Shown piece by piece: positions 1 to 9,996 of a DNA stretch of 64,000 bases; the first letter of the stretch is position 1, and each line of letters begins with the position of its first letter. The notes under the pieces are model-generated. The model ran no database searches. It was given only the letters and a program-made list of their open reading frames with translations, and had not been told where the DNA came from. The translations under genes and the position numbers were made by a program. Location of the stretch: the NCBI GenBank assembly GCA_028696365.1, contig JAQVHG010000001.1, positions 2,401 to 66,400 of the forward strand, in the 5' to 3' direction. The DNA comes from Methanofollis sp. (GTDB lineage Archaea > Halobacteriota > Methanomicrobia > Methanomicrobiales > Methanofollaceae).

Positions 1-92
1 TCGACGTCGCCGTCGTCGTCGCCCTGGTCGCGCCGGTCACGACGATCTTTGTCCTCACCCTTGCCTGGAGGAGGGATGAACATGGAGCCTGA
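1..92 (+). CDS. ehaD: Eha hydrogenase small membrane subunit, 3' fragment (EhaD-like); begins before the window
   Basis: Frame from base 3 reads DVAVVVALVAPVTTIFVLTLAWRRDEHGA*; hydrophobic; overlaps the next eha gene. Confidence 0.55.
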   Translation, partial: DVAVVVALVAPVTTIFVLTLAWRRDEHGA

Positions 93-318
93 ACTTCTTC
101 TCGGCCTTGCCATTCTCATCATCGGAGCAGTCGCCGCTGCATTCCCACGGCCAAAGACCTACCTCTCGCGGATCATCGTCCTGGAGATCCCAGCGTGGGG
201 TCTCCTCCTCATGATGCTCGCCTATGACGAGGCCCTCGCCCTCCTCACCTTCATTGCAGTGACCGCCATCTCGACCTTCGTCATGGTCAGAGTGGTCGAA
301 CGGAGGGGTGAACCATGA
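82..318 (+). CDS. ehaE: Eha hydrogenase membrane subunit (EhaE-like)
   Basis: ATG 82 (alternative 76) after GGAGG; 3 TM segments; position in the eha cluster. Confidence 0.65.
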   Translation: MEPELLLGLAILIIGAVAAAFPRPKTYLSRIIVLEIPAWGLLLMMLAYDEALALLTFIAVTAISTFVMVRVVERRGEP

Positions 319-764
319 TCCGCAGAATCTCAGAGATCCTTTCGGAATACGAGAACCTCACCTTCCTCTATGCCGTGCTCGTCCTCGTCGTCCTCCTGAT
401 CGGGGCCTTCTCCCTCCCTACGATCACCTACCAGGGAGACGATCTCTATCCCAAGACAATCGACCGGACAAGCACCCTCGACCCCTACGACCGGGGCGGT
501 GAACCCTTCAACACAACGACGGTTGCAGCGCAGTATCCTGAGAACTCGCCGTATCTCGGGTACGTAACCGCGTACCTCACGCCCCTCTCCCTTTTCCTTG
601 CAGAGATAACGCCCCACCTCGGGACGACGATCGTCTCTCACCCCGGAGGGATCATCGACGAGATCTTATACAACACCAGAGGCCTCGACACCGTCGTCGA
701 GACGAGCATCCTTTTCACGGCATTTGCGATCGCATCCTACCTCTTCAGGAGGCGTAATGGATGA
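315..764 (+). CDS. ehaF: Eha hydrogenase subunit (EhaF-like)
   Basis: PYDRGG and ILYNTRGLDTVVETSILF motifs (MnhB-like); ATGA overlap with the previous gene. Confidence 0.7.
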   Translation: MIRRISEILSEYENLTFLYAVLVLVVLLIGAFSLPTITYQGDDLYPKTIDRTSTLDPYDRGGEPFNTTTVAAQYPENSPYLGYVTAYLTPLSLFLAEITPHLGTTIVSHPGGIIDEILYNTRGLDTVVETSILFTAFAIASYLFRRRNG

Positions 765-1354
765 GTTATGAGATCGCTCTCCCAGTCGTTCTGGTTGCGG
801 TTGCGATCGCCTTCATCGCCCTTATGATCGAGAAGGACGATCTGCACCGCCTCCTGCTCACCGACCTTGCCGAGATCACAGGGCTTGCGATCATCGCCCT
901 CGTGGCGACCGACCTCGCCGAGGCCCTCATCCTCCCTGGGCTCGTGGTCGGCATCTCTGAACTGATGGCACTCTCAGAGGTCTACCTTGTCAAGGAAGGA
1001 CTTACAGAGACGCCTAAACGGGTGATGCACCTTGAGGTGATGGACAGTGCACCGGCGATCCTTGGCGGTGTCCTTGTCATCTACGGGATTGTCCTCTCAG
1101 GGTTCTCTGGCGGTGCAGTGGCGGGCCTTGGCCTCCTCTTCTGGTTCTTCTGTAAGGGACACGACGAGGCCTTCGAGATCATCGAGACGGCTTCAGGCTA
1201 TTCGTGGGCCCTCTGGATCGCCGCCTTCTTCATCTTCATGCTCGCGCCGCAGTACTGGCTCTTTGCAGTGATGGCTGCAGGCGGCGGAATTCTCCTCAAG
1301 GTGATGGCAAAGATGGCACTAGTAGGCACAATGCGAGGTGGTCGAGATGTTTGA
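761..1354 (+). CDS. ehaG: Eha hydrogenase membrane subunit (EhaG-like)
   Basis: Polytopic membrane protein with TDLAEALILPGLVV and SGFSGGAVAG motifs; operon position. Confidence 0.7.
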   Translation: MSYEIALPVVLVAVAIAFIALMIEKDDLHRLLLTDLAEITGLAIIALVATDLAEALILPGLVVGISELMALSEVYLVKEGLTETPKRVMHLEVMDSAPAILGGVLVIYGIVLSGFSGGAVAGLGLLFWFFCKGHDEAFEIIETASGYSWALWIAAFFIFMLAPQYWLFAVMAAGGGILLKVMAKMALVGTMRGGRDV

Positions 1355-2003
1355 TCTCCCAATCGAAGGAGCGGAACTGTTGGCTGTCGAGTTCGGCGAT
1401 ATCGTCAACTACTTCAGCGTATACACCGCGGTGCTCTTCGTCTTCGCCCTCCTCTTCACAGTGCTGGCGATCATCAGCCGCCCAGAAAAGCCGGTGGACA
1501 TCGTCTTTGGCGGCGACGCATATTACGCCAAGAAGATCCCGCCAGAACAACTCCGCTTCCAGCGGTTCATGGCCATCGCCTGCGGTCTTGCGACCCTCGG
1601 GGCGATGATCTCAGGCGACCTCTTCAACTTCACCCTCTTCAGCTCGATGATCGGGATCACGAACATCGGGATCGTGGCGGCAGTGAAGAACAAGCACGTC
1701 CTTGAAGCAGCCTACCAATACGGGATCGTGGCGATGGTTGCCACCGTGCCTCTCTTTGGCGGTGCGGCGATCGCCCTTGCAACGACCGGCACCCTCTCGA
1801 TCTGGGAACTCGCCGGGGCCGGGGCGGTGCCTCTCCTTGCAAAGATGCTCCTTGTGGTCGGCGTGATGGGGGAGGGAATGGCGCCTTTCTACATCGGGAA
1901 GGCTGAGATCACCAGGGCGCCAGGGGCACCCTACGTATTGATGATCCATGTGAGTTCTCTCCTCCTCTTCCTCAGAGTGGTGGAGATCGCCCTGACGGTG
2001 TGA
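1347..2003 (+). CDS. ehaH: Eha hydrogenase antiporter-like membrane subunit (EhaH-like)
   Basis: GAGGTG RBS before ATG 1347; SGDLFNFTLF and AAYQYG motifs resembling NuoL/MrpD half-module. Confidence 0.7.
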   Translation: MFDLPIEGAELLAVEFGDIVNYFSVYTAVLFVFALLFTVLAIISRPEKPVDIVFGGDAYYAKKIPPEQLRFQRFMAIACGLATLGAMISGDLFNFTLFSSMIGITNIGIVAAVKNKHVLEAAYQYGIVAMVATVPLFGGAAIALATTGTLSIWELAGAGAVPLLAKMLLVVGVMGEGMAPFYIGKAEITRAPGAPYVLMIHVSSLLLFLRVVEIALTV

Positions 2004-2215
2004 TGACAATGAAAAAACAGACAGCAGGTGCAGTAACGGTGGCGGCGGCCATGGTCTGCGTCGCCGCCTCGGCAGGGTGGCGGCTTGGCCTCATCGAGAC
2101 ATGGATCGCGATCGTGCTGAACGTCGTCGCCTTTCCGTTCTTCCTTGTCGCTCTCGGCCTGTGGTGGAACGCAGCAGAAAAAGAAGAGGGGGATACCCCG
2201 TTCATAGGATACTGA
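2000..2215 (+). CDS. ehaI: Eha hydrogenase small membrane subunit (EhaI-like)
   Basis: 71 aa, 2 TM, C-terminal GDTPFIGY; operon position. Confidence 0.6.
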   Translation: MMTMKKQTAGAVTVAAAMVCVAASAGWRLGLIETWIAIVLNVVAFPFFLVALGLWWNAAEKEEGDTPFIGY

Positions 2216-2216
2216 C

Positions 2217-3059
2217 ATGATCGAATATCTCATCTTCGCGGTCTTTGTAGGTCTTCTCCTCCACGGGATCCATAGGAAGGCGATCGCACGCATACAGGGC
2301 CGGCCAGGCCCCCCGATCTGGCAGGAGATCCTTCATGTGCTGAAGTTCTCCTTCAAAGAGACTTGGATCCCGGCTACCGCCAGCCAGACGCTCTTCGTGG
2401 CAGTCGTAATCATCGCCATAGGAGTCTGGAGCACCGCCCTCTTCGTCCTCCTCACCGGAGGGAGTCTTCTTCTCCTCTTCGCCGTCTACATGCTCCACAA
2501 GATCGTAGAGCACGGCCTTGGCCTCTCCTCTGGGTCGCCATACGGGAAGTTTGGGGCGATCAGGTCAGTGATGTCGGCGGCCTCTGAGATCCCGCTCTTT
2601 GCGACGATCGCCGCTATATACCTCATCACTGGGTCTCTGATGATCTCAGACATCCAGGCATGGCAGGCGGCCCACGGTCCCCTCCTCTTTACAGCACTCC
2701 CAGCGGCCATCGCCCTGTACATCGTCGTCCTGGCAAAGATGCACTACAGTCCATTCGCTGTCATCGAGAGCAAAGAGATCGTCAGCGGCAACGTCACCGA
2801 GCACTTTGGGGTCTGGCGCGCCGGACTGGAGGCAGCCTTCGGGCTCAAGACCTTCGTCCTCCTATACGCCTTTATCGTCCTCTTCCTTGGACCGATGCCC
2901 CTGCTCCTTGCAGCCGTGGCGATGGTGCTCCTGCTCCTCTCCCTTTCGTTCATCTGCGCACTCTCGCCGATGCTCTCTCCCTTCGACACCGTCACCATCC
3001 AGATCGGGACCGCTGGGCTCATCGTTGTCTATGTCCTCCTCATGGGGGTGATCGTGTGA
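2217..3059 (+). CDS. ehaJ: Eha hydrogenase NuoH/HycD-like membrane subunit
   Basis: HRKAIARIQGRPGPPIWQ, SSGSPYGKFGAIR and PF..IESKEIVSG motifs of the complex I subunit 1 family. Confidence 0.85.
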   Translation: MIEYLIFAVFVGLLLHGIHRKAIARIQGRPGPPIWQEILHVLKFSFKETWIPATASQTLFVAVVIIAIGVWSTALFVLLTGGSLLLLFAVYMLHKIVEHGLGLSSGSPYGKFGAIRSVMSAASEIPLFATIAAIYLITGSLMISDIQAWQAAHGPLLFTALPAAIALYIVVLAKMHYSPFAVIESKEIVSGNVTEHFGVWRAGLEAAFGLKTFVLLYAFIVLFLGPMPLLLAAVAMVLLLLSLSFICALSPMLSPFDTVTIQIGTAGLIVVYVLLMGVIV

Positions 3060-3304
3060 GTATGATCAGAAACGCTATCGCCGCAGGTGCGGCGGTCTAC
3101 GGTGTCATCCTTGTCATCGAGGCCGTCCGTCACCCTTCATTCGCACTGACCGCCATCGCCGCCGCACTCTTCCTTGCAGCGGCGGGGATACTCTTCTGGT
3201 CAGGGAACGAACAGAGAACAAAAAAGGTTGAGATGGCCCTGCTCTGGGTCTGTGTCGGCCTCTTCCTTCTATATGGTCTCCTTGTTGCAGGAGGGGTTCT
3301 ATGA
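3056..3304 (+). CDS. Small Eha-associated membrane protein (EhaK/L position)
   Basis: About 82 aa, 3 TM; overlaps both neighbours (GTG 3056 or ATG 3062). Confidence 0.6.
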   Translation: MSMIRNAIAAGAAVYGVILVIEAVRHPSFALTAIAAALFLAAAGILFWSGNEQRTKKVEMALLWVCVGLFLLYGLLVAGGVL

Positions 3305-3690
3305 CCAAATATCTCTATGAAAAAGACCTCCGTCCCCTGAAATACAATATTCTCGTCGGACCGCGGCAGGACCGGACTGTGAAGGCAATGGCCGATCGCC
3401 TCGGTGTCAGAAGACAGGTGCTCAGGCGCCACCTCATCGAACGCCTCGACATGTCCAACCTTGAAAACATGCCGGCACGCTGGGAGGTTGGATGTGCAGC
3501 CCCAGCAAGCGACGACGCCCTGGCCGACGCCCTCGGGTGCGAACTCTTCGTCGAGAATATCGCCGTCTTTACACCTTCAGAGATGGAGGCCGCATATGAG
3601 AAGGCCCGTGATCTTGTCGACGATGGAGCACCTCTTGAAACCGCCGTCAAAGAAGGAAAGAAAGCCCTCAAGGAAGTGATCACCTCATGA
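3301..3690 (+). CDS. ehaM: Eha hydrogenase soluble subunit (EhaM-like)
   Basis: KYNIL...LDMSNLENMPAR; lies just before the small subunit. Confidence 0.65.
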   Translation: MTKYLYEKDLRPLKYNILVGPRQDRTVKAMADRLGVRRQVLRRHLIERLDMSNLENMPARWEVGCAAPASDDALADALGCELFVENIAVFTPSEMEAAYEKARDLVDDGAPLETAVKEGKKALKEVITS

Positions 3691-4145
3691 CAGACCTGCT
3701 CCAGAAACTCAAAAACGCCGTGCGATCGCGCTCGATCCACGTAGCCTACGTGGACACTGGGTCGTGCAATGGCTGCGATATCGAGGTGCTCGCATGCCTC
3801 TCCCCAAGGTACGACCTCGAACAGTATGGGATCTATGTCCACAACAACCCAAGGGAAGCCGACATCCTCCTGGTGATCGGGTGTTGTACTCCCCAGTGGG
3901 AAGACAAGCTGAAAGAGGTCTGGGAGAAGATCCCCGAGCCCAAGGCGGCGATTGCCATCGGCAACTGCCCGGTGTCGGGCTGTGTCTTCAACAGAGAAGG
4001 TGGGTATGTCAACCCGCCGGTCTCGAAACACATCCCAATCGCCGCCTCGGTCCCTGGGTGCCCACCCCGGCCAACTGAGATTATCAGGGCGGTCCTTTCG
4101 CTCGCACCGACGATCTTTGCAGACTACGAGGAGAAAAAACCATGA
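3687..4145 (+). CDS. ehaN: Energy-converting [NiFe] hydrogenase small subunit
   Basis: GSCNGCDIE, NPREADIL, GNCPVSG and PGCPPRP motifs. Confidence 0.92.
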   Translation: MTDLLQKLKNAVRSRSIHVAYVDTGSCNGCDIEVLACLSPRYDLEQYGIYVHNNPREADILLVIGCCTPQWEDKLKEVWEKIPEPKAAIAIGNCPVSGCVFNREGGYVNPPVSKHIPIAASVPGCPPRPTEIIRAVLSLAPTIFADYEEKKP

Positions 4146-5227
4146 AAAAAACGGTCGACGTATCGATACCGGTCGGTCCGGTCCACCCTTGCTGGAAGGA
4201 ACCGGTCAGGATCAAGTGCGAGACCAGAGGAGAGCACGTCATCGGCACCGAGGTCGAACTTGGCTACATGAAGAAGGGGATCGAGCGGATCATGCAAGGC
4301 CGCCCCTGGCAGGAGGTGATGTTCCTTGCCGAAAGGGTCTGTGGGATCTGCTCGGTCGTCCATAATATGGTCTTCATCGAGGCGATGGAGACGATCTCCG
4401 AGATCACACCCCCGCCACGGGCGGCGTACCTCAGGGTGGTCGTCAACGAACTCGACAGGATGGCAAGTCACCTCATCGCCAACTTCTCGTACTGCTACAC
4501 CATCGAGCACGAGACACTGGCAATGTACCTCCTCAACGAGCGTGAGTATGTGCTAGACATGCTCGAGATGATCACCGGCAATCGGGTGAACACGGCGTAC
4601 ATGATCCCAGGTGGGGTGCGCTACGACTTGCGCGAGGAAGACGCTGCAACCCTCAGGGCGACTCTCGACCGGCTTGAAGAGAACCTCAGGCGTTACACCA
4701 AGATGTTCGCCGGCGGACCTCTCATCGCTCTCAGGAGCAAGGGTGTCGGTATTCTCACAAAAGAAGAGGCTCTTGAGGCCCATGCCGTCGGACCGACGGC
4801 TCGGGCAAGCGGGATTGCGGTGGACTGCCGGAGCAACCACCCGACCTACCAAGAGATCGGCTTCGAACCAGTGGTCAGGACAGAAGGAGACAACTATGCA
4901 CGGATTATGGTCAGGTTCGAGGAACTGATGCAGAGTATCGGGCTGATCAGGCGCGCTCTGGCAATGATGCCAGAAGGCCCGGTGCGCGGCGGCGGCGAGT
5001 GCAAAGGCGGTAAAGTCCGCTATTCGGGCGAGGCGCCGCGGGGCGAACTTACCTACTTTATCAGGGCCGACCGCTACGGGCGGGTCGAGGAGATCGCCAT
5101 CCAGACACCGTCGATCATGAACATCGACGCCTGCACCCACTATATGCTCAAGGGTGTCATCTCGATCGCAGACGTCACCTCGACGTTCATCAGTTCTGAC
5201 CCCTGCATTGCGTGCAACGAGAGGTAA
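4142..5227 (+). CDS. ehaO: Energy-converting (group 4) [NiFe] hydrogenase large subunit
   Basis: GPVHP, ERVCGICS (L1) and terminal DPCIACNER (L2) with no cleavable tail. Confidence 0.93.
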   Translation: MKKTVDVSIPVGPVHPCWKEPVRIKCETRGEHVIGTEVELGYMKKGIERIMQGRPWQEVMFLAERVCGICSVVHNMVFIEAMETISEITPPPRAAYLRVVVNELDRMASHLIANFSYCYTIEHETLAMYLLNEREYVLDMLEMITGNRVNTAYMIPGGVRYDLREEDAATLRATLDRLEENLRRYTKMFAGGPLIALRSKGVGILTKEEALEAHAVGPTARASGIAVDCRSNHPTYQEIGFEPVVRTEGDNYARIMVRFEELMQSIGLIRRALAMMPEGPVRGGGECKGGKVRYSGEAPRGELTYFIRADRYGRVEEIAIQTPSIMNIDACTHYMLKGVISIADVTSTFISSDPCIACNER

Positions 5228-5233
5228 AAGGAC

Positions 5234-5839
5234 ATGGGATTTTCGATCATCTGGTATCTGCGCGAATTCATCAGGGGCGAATGGCTCAAGAATTTCTTCT
5301 TCGCAAAGACGGCGCCCCTCGTCGATCCCCCGTACTTCAGGGGTTACCCGGCCCTCACTGGGAAAGAGTGTACTCACTGCCTCTCTTGCATGATGATCTG
5401 CCCAACACCGGGGGCGATCGAGGTGCTCCGCGAGGGGGAGACCTGGACCCCGCACATTTATCCAGGTCACTGCATCAGGTGCGGCCTCTGTGTGGAGGCC
5501 TGCCCTGAAGACGTCCTGGACGTGGGTAGAGTGCTGGAAACGCAGCACCGCGACCAGACCGAGATCTCGGTGAGGTACCAGGTGACGGTGAAACCTGAGG
5601 CATGTGTGCGGTGCGGCAACTGTGTCGTAGCCTGTCCGGTGAACAAAGAGGCCGACCCGCAGCTTGGGGCGACCGGGACGTCGGCAAACGATGAGGTGAT
5701 CATGAAGATCCGCAACGGCAATCTCTGGGTGATCCATGACGAAAAGTGTACAGGTTGCAAGACCTGCGAGGAGGTCTGTCCGACCGACGCCATCGCGATC
5801 GCGCGGGTTGCCGAAGGGACGCAGGAGGGGAAGGCATGA
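5234..5839 (+). CDS. Polyferredoxin with 4x[4Fe-4S]; NuoI/EhaP-like N-half plus FwdG-like C-half
   Basis: Four CxxCxxCxxxCP motifs. Confidence 0.85.
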   Translation: MGFSIIWYLREFIRGEWLKNFFFAKTAPLVDPPYFRGYPALTGKECTHCLSCMMICPTPGAIEVLREGETWTPHIYPGHCIRCGLCVEACPEDVLDVGRVLETQHRDQTEISVRYQVTVKPEACVRCGNCVVACPVNKEADPQLGATGTSANDEVIMKIRNGNLWVIHDEKCTGCKTCEEVCPTDAIAIARVAEGTQEGKA

Positions 5840-6234
5840 AGGCCCTTTTCAACACCGGTCGGACTGTAGCGCAGGGGCAGGGACTGGAGGTGAAGGCGCG
5901 GCCTGAATATATGGAAGCGACCTCGATCTGCATGATGAACCCCGTGGACCTGATGGACCTCGACCTGGAGGAAGGGGAGCGGGTGCTCGTCCGCGGGCCT
6001 GCAGGTGAGGTGGTCCTCACCACGGTCCAGAACGAGGGGATCCCACGGGGGACGGTCTATGTCCCAATGGGACCGTATGCCAACGCTGTCGTGGATACAG
6101 AGACACATGCCACCGGGATGCCTGACTTCAAGTCCTGTATTGTGGACCTGGAACCGACCGACGACGAGGTAAAGAGCCAGACCGAACTGATGGAAGCGGT
6201 CGGCGGGCTCGCCTACAGAGGGGATGAAGAATGA
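5836..6234 (+). CDS. fwdD: Formylmethanofuran dehydrogenase subunit D
   Basis: ATG 5836 overlaps the upstream stop; NTGRTVAQG, PMGPYAN and TGMPDFK motifs. Confidence 0.9.
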   Translation: MKALFNTGRTVAQGQGLEVKARPEYMEATSICMMNPVDLMDLDLEEGERVLVRGPAGEVVLTTVQNEGIPRGTVYVPMGPYANAVVDTETHATGMPDFKSCIVDLEPTDDEVKSQTELMEAVGGLAYRGDEE

Positions 6235-7526
6235 TCCACGAAGATATGATCTGCCCGTTCTGCGGGTGTCTCTGCGACGACCTTGTCATCGAGACCAAGG
6301 GGACCGAGGTGGTGCGGGTGGACAATGCCTGCACCCTTGGGAGCCACAAACTGATGAATGCCGGGAAGCACCGGCTCAAGGGTCCGATCATGCGGGACAG
6401 CGGGCAGTGGCGCGATGCAAGTTATGAAGAGGCGATCGAGTACGCCGCCGGGATCCTCCTGGATGCCGACCGCCCCCTGCTGTACGGCTGGTCGAGCACC
6501 CAGGGGGAGGCGCAGGGGACTGGTGTCTCAATGGCCGAACTCCTCGGCGGGGTGATCGACTCGACCACCTCGGTCTGTCATGGGCCTTCCATCCTGGCCA
6601 TCCAGGAGGTCGGCCACCCTGGCTGTACCCTGGGCCAGGTGAAGAACCGTGCCGACCTCATCGTCTACTGGGGGTGCAACCCGACCGAGGCACACCCGCG
6701 GCACATGAGCAGGTACACCACCTATGCCGACGGCTACTTCCTGGAGAACGCCTTCAGGGACAGGAAACTCATCCTCGTCGATGTCAGGAAGACCGAGACT
6801 GCAAGCATCGCCGATGAGTTCGTGCAGGTGAAGCCTGGCGGTGACTATGCGGTCCTCTCAGCGCTGCGGGCGATCGTGCGGGGACGCGAGGACGTCGTCC
6901 CGCCAACGGTGGCCGGGGTGACCAAGGAGCAGCTCCTCAGGGTCGCTGCGCTCTGCAAAGAGGCCAAGTTCGGCGCCCTCTTCTTCGGCGTCGGACTAAC
7001 GATGTCACCAGGGAAGTACAAGAATGTCAGGAACGCCATCGAACTGGTCGACGAACTGAACCGGCACACCAAGTTCACGCTGACCCCCCTGCGCGGGCAC
7101 TACAATGTCTATGGTTCCAACGAAGTCTTTACCTGGATGACCGGGTACCCGTACGCCGTCGACTTCTCCAGGCAGATCGCCTTCTACAACCCTGGCGAGA
7201 CGACGGCAGTGGACCTCATGGCCAGGAAAGAGTGTGATGCCGCCCTCATCGTGGCAAGTGATCCTGGAGCCCATTTCCCGAAGAAGTGCCTCGAACACCT
7301 GGCTTCGATCCCGACGGTGCTCATCGACCCGATGCACACCATGACCACCCCCCTGGTCAAGTGCCAGATCCCGACGGCGGTCACCGGGATGGACGCCCCG
7401 GGCACAGCCTACCGGATGGACGGGGTGCCGATCCATGTGAAGAAGTTCCTGGACCTGGGCTACCCGACCGACACCGAGATCATCGGCAAAATATTCGAGA
7501 AAGTCAAGGAGGTGAGACATCCATGA
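6231..7526 (+). CDS. fwdB: Formylmethanofuran dehydrogenase subunit B (Mo/W-pterin)
   Basis: CPFCGCLCDD, SVCHGP (Cys ligand), KNRAD..YWGCNP..HPRH and LRGHYNV motifs. Confidence 0.95.
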   Translation: MIHEDMICPFCGCLCDDLVIETKGTEVVRVDNACTLGSHKLMNAGKHRLKGPIMRDSGQWRDASYEEAIEYAAGILLDADRPLLYGWSSTQGEAQGTGVSMAELLGGVIDSTTSVCHGPSILAIQEVGHPGCTLGQVKNRADLIVYWGCNPTEAHPRHMSRYTTYADGYFLENAFRDRKLILVDVRKTETASIADEFVQVKPGGDYAVLSALRAIVRGREDVVPPTVAGVTKEQLLRVAALCKEAKFGALFFGVGLTMSPGKYKNVRNAIELVDELNRHTKFTLTPLRGHYNVYGSNEVFTWMTGYPYAVDFSRQIAFYNPGETTAVDLMARKECDAALIVASDPGAHFPKKCLEHLASIPTVLIDPMHTMTTPLVKCQIPTAVTGMDAPGTAYRMDGVPIHVKKFLDLGYPTDTEIIGKIFEKVKEVRHP

Positions 7527-9223
7527 GTGAGTTACTGGTCAAAAATGCCTATGTCATCGACCCAATCAACCATATCGACGGCGAAGTGATGGACATCGCC
7601 GTGAAGGACGGGTATATCGTCGAGGACGTCGGCCCGAAGGCGACGGTGCTCGACGCCGAGGGCTGCCTCACCCTGCCCGGCGGGGTGGATTCCCACACCC
7701 ATGTCTGCGGGACCAAGGTGAACTTCGGGCGCTACATGAGCCCTGAGGACATGCGGGCCGGGCGGGAGGTGCGCCGAGGGGTGAAGCACGCCACTTCCGG
7801 CTATTCGGTCCCGACGACGTACGCCAACTCGTACCGCTATGCCCTCATGGGCTATACCACCCTTCTCGAAGGGGCGATGGCGCCCCTCGAGGCCCGTCAC
7901 ACCCACGAGGAGTTCTCGGCCACGCCTCTCCAGGACATGATGGCCAACACTCTCTTCGATGGGAATTGGGCGGTGATGAAGGCGGTGGCCGAGGGTGACA
8001 TCGAGCGGGTGGCCGCGATCGTCGGGTGGACGCTCTCGGCGGTGAAGGGGTTCGGGATCAAACTGACCAACCCTGGCGGGACCGAGGCCTGGGGCTACGG
8101 CAAGGACATCAGTTGTATCAAGGACGAGGTCCCGCATTTCGGGGTGACGCCGGCCGAGATCATCGAGGCGATGATCCAGGCCTGTGAGATGCTCAGGCTC
8201 CCCCACTCTGTCCATCTTCACTGCAACAACCTGGGTACGCCAGGTAACTATGCCTGCACGATCGGGACCTTCAACCTGGTCCCAGACCTCAACAAAACGC
8301 GGCAGAGTCTCTATGCCACCCATGTCCAGTTCCACAGTTACGGCGGGTCTGACTGGAAGACCTTCTGCTCGAAGGCCGAACCGGTGGCCTACACCGTGAA
8401 CAACCTCCCCCAGATCGTCATCGACATGGGGCAGGTGATGTTTGGCAAGACCACCACGATGACCGCAGACGGCCCGATGGAGTTCAACCTCTACCGTCTC
8501 CACCACAACAAGTGGTCCAACCATGACGTGGAACTGGAGACCGGGTCAGGGATCATCCCGGTGCTGTACAGGAAGAAGAACCTGGTCAACTCGATCATGT
8601 GGTCGATCGGGCTCGAACTGGCCCTGCTCGTGAAAGACCCCTGGCGGTGTCTGCTCACGACCGACAACCCGAATGGTGCGCCGTTCGTGAAGTACCCCGA
8701 GATCATCGCCCTCCTGATGAGCAAGAAGTACCGGGACGCCGAGTTTGCGACGGTGAACCGCAGGACCGAGTCCAGGGTCATCCTCCCGGCGCTGGAGCGC
8801 GAGATGGACTGGAACGAAATCGCGGTGATGACACGGGCTGGGCAGGCAAAGGCCCTTGGGATCACCGGGATCGGGAAGGGTCACCTGGGTATCGGGGCCG
8901 AGGCCGACATTGCGGTCTATCCACTGAAGGTCGGCGAGATCGACCCGGCACAGGAGTACCAGAAGATCATCGACGGGTTCTCAAAGACCCGGTGGACTGT
9001 CAAGCGGGGCCGCCCAGTGGCGCGGGACGGCGAGATCCTGGTCCATGGCGAGAACACGACCATCTGGGTCGACCCAAAGATCAGTCCAGAGCATGATATG
9101 AGCCATGACCCTGAGTTCACCGAGATGTTCAACCACTGGTATTCGGTGCGGATGAGCAACTACCCGGTCCAGGACGAGTATCTCAAACGGAATCTGCGGA
9201 TTGAGACGGAGGCGACGATATGA
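7523..9223 (+). CDS. fwdA: Formylmethanofuran dehydrogenase subunit A
   Basis: GGAGGTG RBS, ATG 7523; DSHTH, HLHCNNLG and TTDNPNG amidohydrolase motifs. Confidence 0.95.
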   Translation: MSELLVKNAYVIDPINHIDGEVMDIAVKDGYIVEDVGPKATVLDAEGCLTLPGGVDSHTHVCGTKVNFGRYMSPEDMRAGREVRRGVKHATSGYSVPTTYANSYRYALMGYTTLLEGAMAPLEARHTHEEFSATPLQDMMANTLFDGNWAVMKAVAEGDIERVAAIVGWTLSAVKGFGIKLTNPGGTEAWGYGKDISCIKDEVPHFGVTPAEIIEAMIQACEMLRLPHSVHLHCNNLGTPGNYACTIGTFNLVPDLNKTRQSLYATHVQFHSYGGSDWKTFCSKAEPVAYTVNNLPQIVIDMGQVMFGKTTTMTADGPMEFNLYRLHHNKWSNHDVELETGSGIIPVLYRKKNLVNSIMWSIGLELALLVKDPWRCLLTTDNPNGAPFVKYPEIIALLMSKKYRDAEFATVNRRTESRVILPALEREMDWNEIAVMTRAGQAKALGITGIGKGHLGIGAEADIAVYPLKVGEIDPAQEYQKIIDGFSKTRWTVKRGRPVARDGEILVHGENTTIWVDPKISPEHDMSHDPEFTEMFNHWYSVRMSNYPVQDEYLKRNLRIETEATI

Positions 9224-9996
9224 TGCGGATTGTGCTGACGATGAAGGAGCGCACAAACCCGCACATCCCTATCGAGGCCGAGAAGATTAACCCCGCCTTC
9301 CTGATGTGGGGGACCGACGACCTCACGGTCTGGGAGGGGAACAAGGAGCGCCGTCTCGACGAGATCTTCGAGGTCGAGGTAGAGGGGACGGCCACTTCGG
9401 TCAACGAGGTCGAGGTGGTGCTCCGCGGCGATACCTCAAGGGTGAAGAGGATCGGCGAGTATATGGACGGAGGGCGGATCACCGTCGAAGGCAATGTCGG
9501 GATGCACTGCGGGAATTTCATGGCCGCGGGCACCATCGAGGTGATGGGAGATGCCGGCGGGTGGTTCGCGCGAGAGATGCAGGGCGGCGCGATCATCTGC
9601 CACGGCGATGTGGGTCATTACTGCGCTGCAGGATACCGGGGCGAGAAGAAAGGGATGAGAGGCGGGAAGGTGGAAGTCTTCGGGAATGCCGGAGACTTCA
9701 CGGCCGAGCATCTCTTCGGTGGCGAGGTGGTCGTCCACGGCAACTGCGGTGATATGCCTGGTGTCGATATGCAGGGGGGGTATCTCACCATCCATGGCGA
9801 CTGTTCGCGTCCTTGCGGGAACATGACCAAAGGAAAGTGCACGGTGCTTGGGTGTGTCTCAGAGATGCCCCCGACGTTCAAGAAAGAGGGAGAGGTCGAA
9901 GGGCCTGACGGTCTCCCACTCACTCATTTCACCGGAGATGTGGCCAACCGAGGAAAAGGAAATCTTTTGGTCAGGCACTATCAATATCTGGAGTGA
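9220..9996 (+). CDS. fwdC: Formylmethanofuran dehydrogenase subunit C
   Basis: GXGXG beta-helix repeats; GYRGEKKGMRGG motif. Confidence 0.95.
   Translation: MMRIVLTMKERTNPHIPIEAEKINPAFLMWGTDDLTVWEGNKERRLDEIFEVEVEGTATSVNEVEVVLRGDTSRVKRIGEYMDGGRITVEGNVGMHCGNFMAAGTIEVMGDAGGWFAREMQGGAIICHGDVGHYCAAGYRGEKKGMRGGKVEVFGNAGDFTAEHLFGGEVVVHGNCGDMPGVDMQGGYLTIHGDCSRPCGNMTKGKCTVLGCVSEMPPTFKKEGEVEGPDGLPLTHFTGDVANRGKGNLLVRHYQYLE

Noticed and set aside
6231-7526. Selenocysteine or other recoding in FwdB
   Set aside because: The active-site codon is Cys (SVCHGP) and the frame has no internal TGA.
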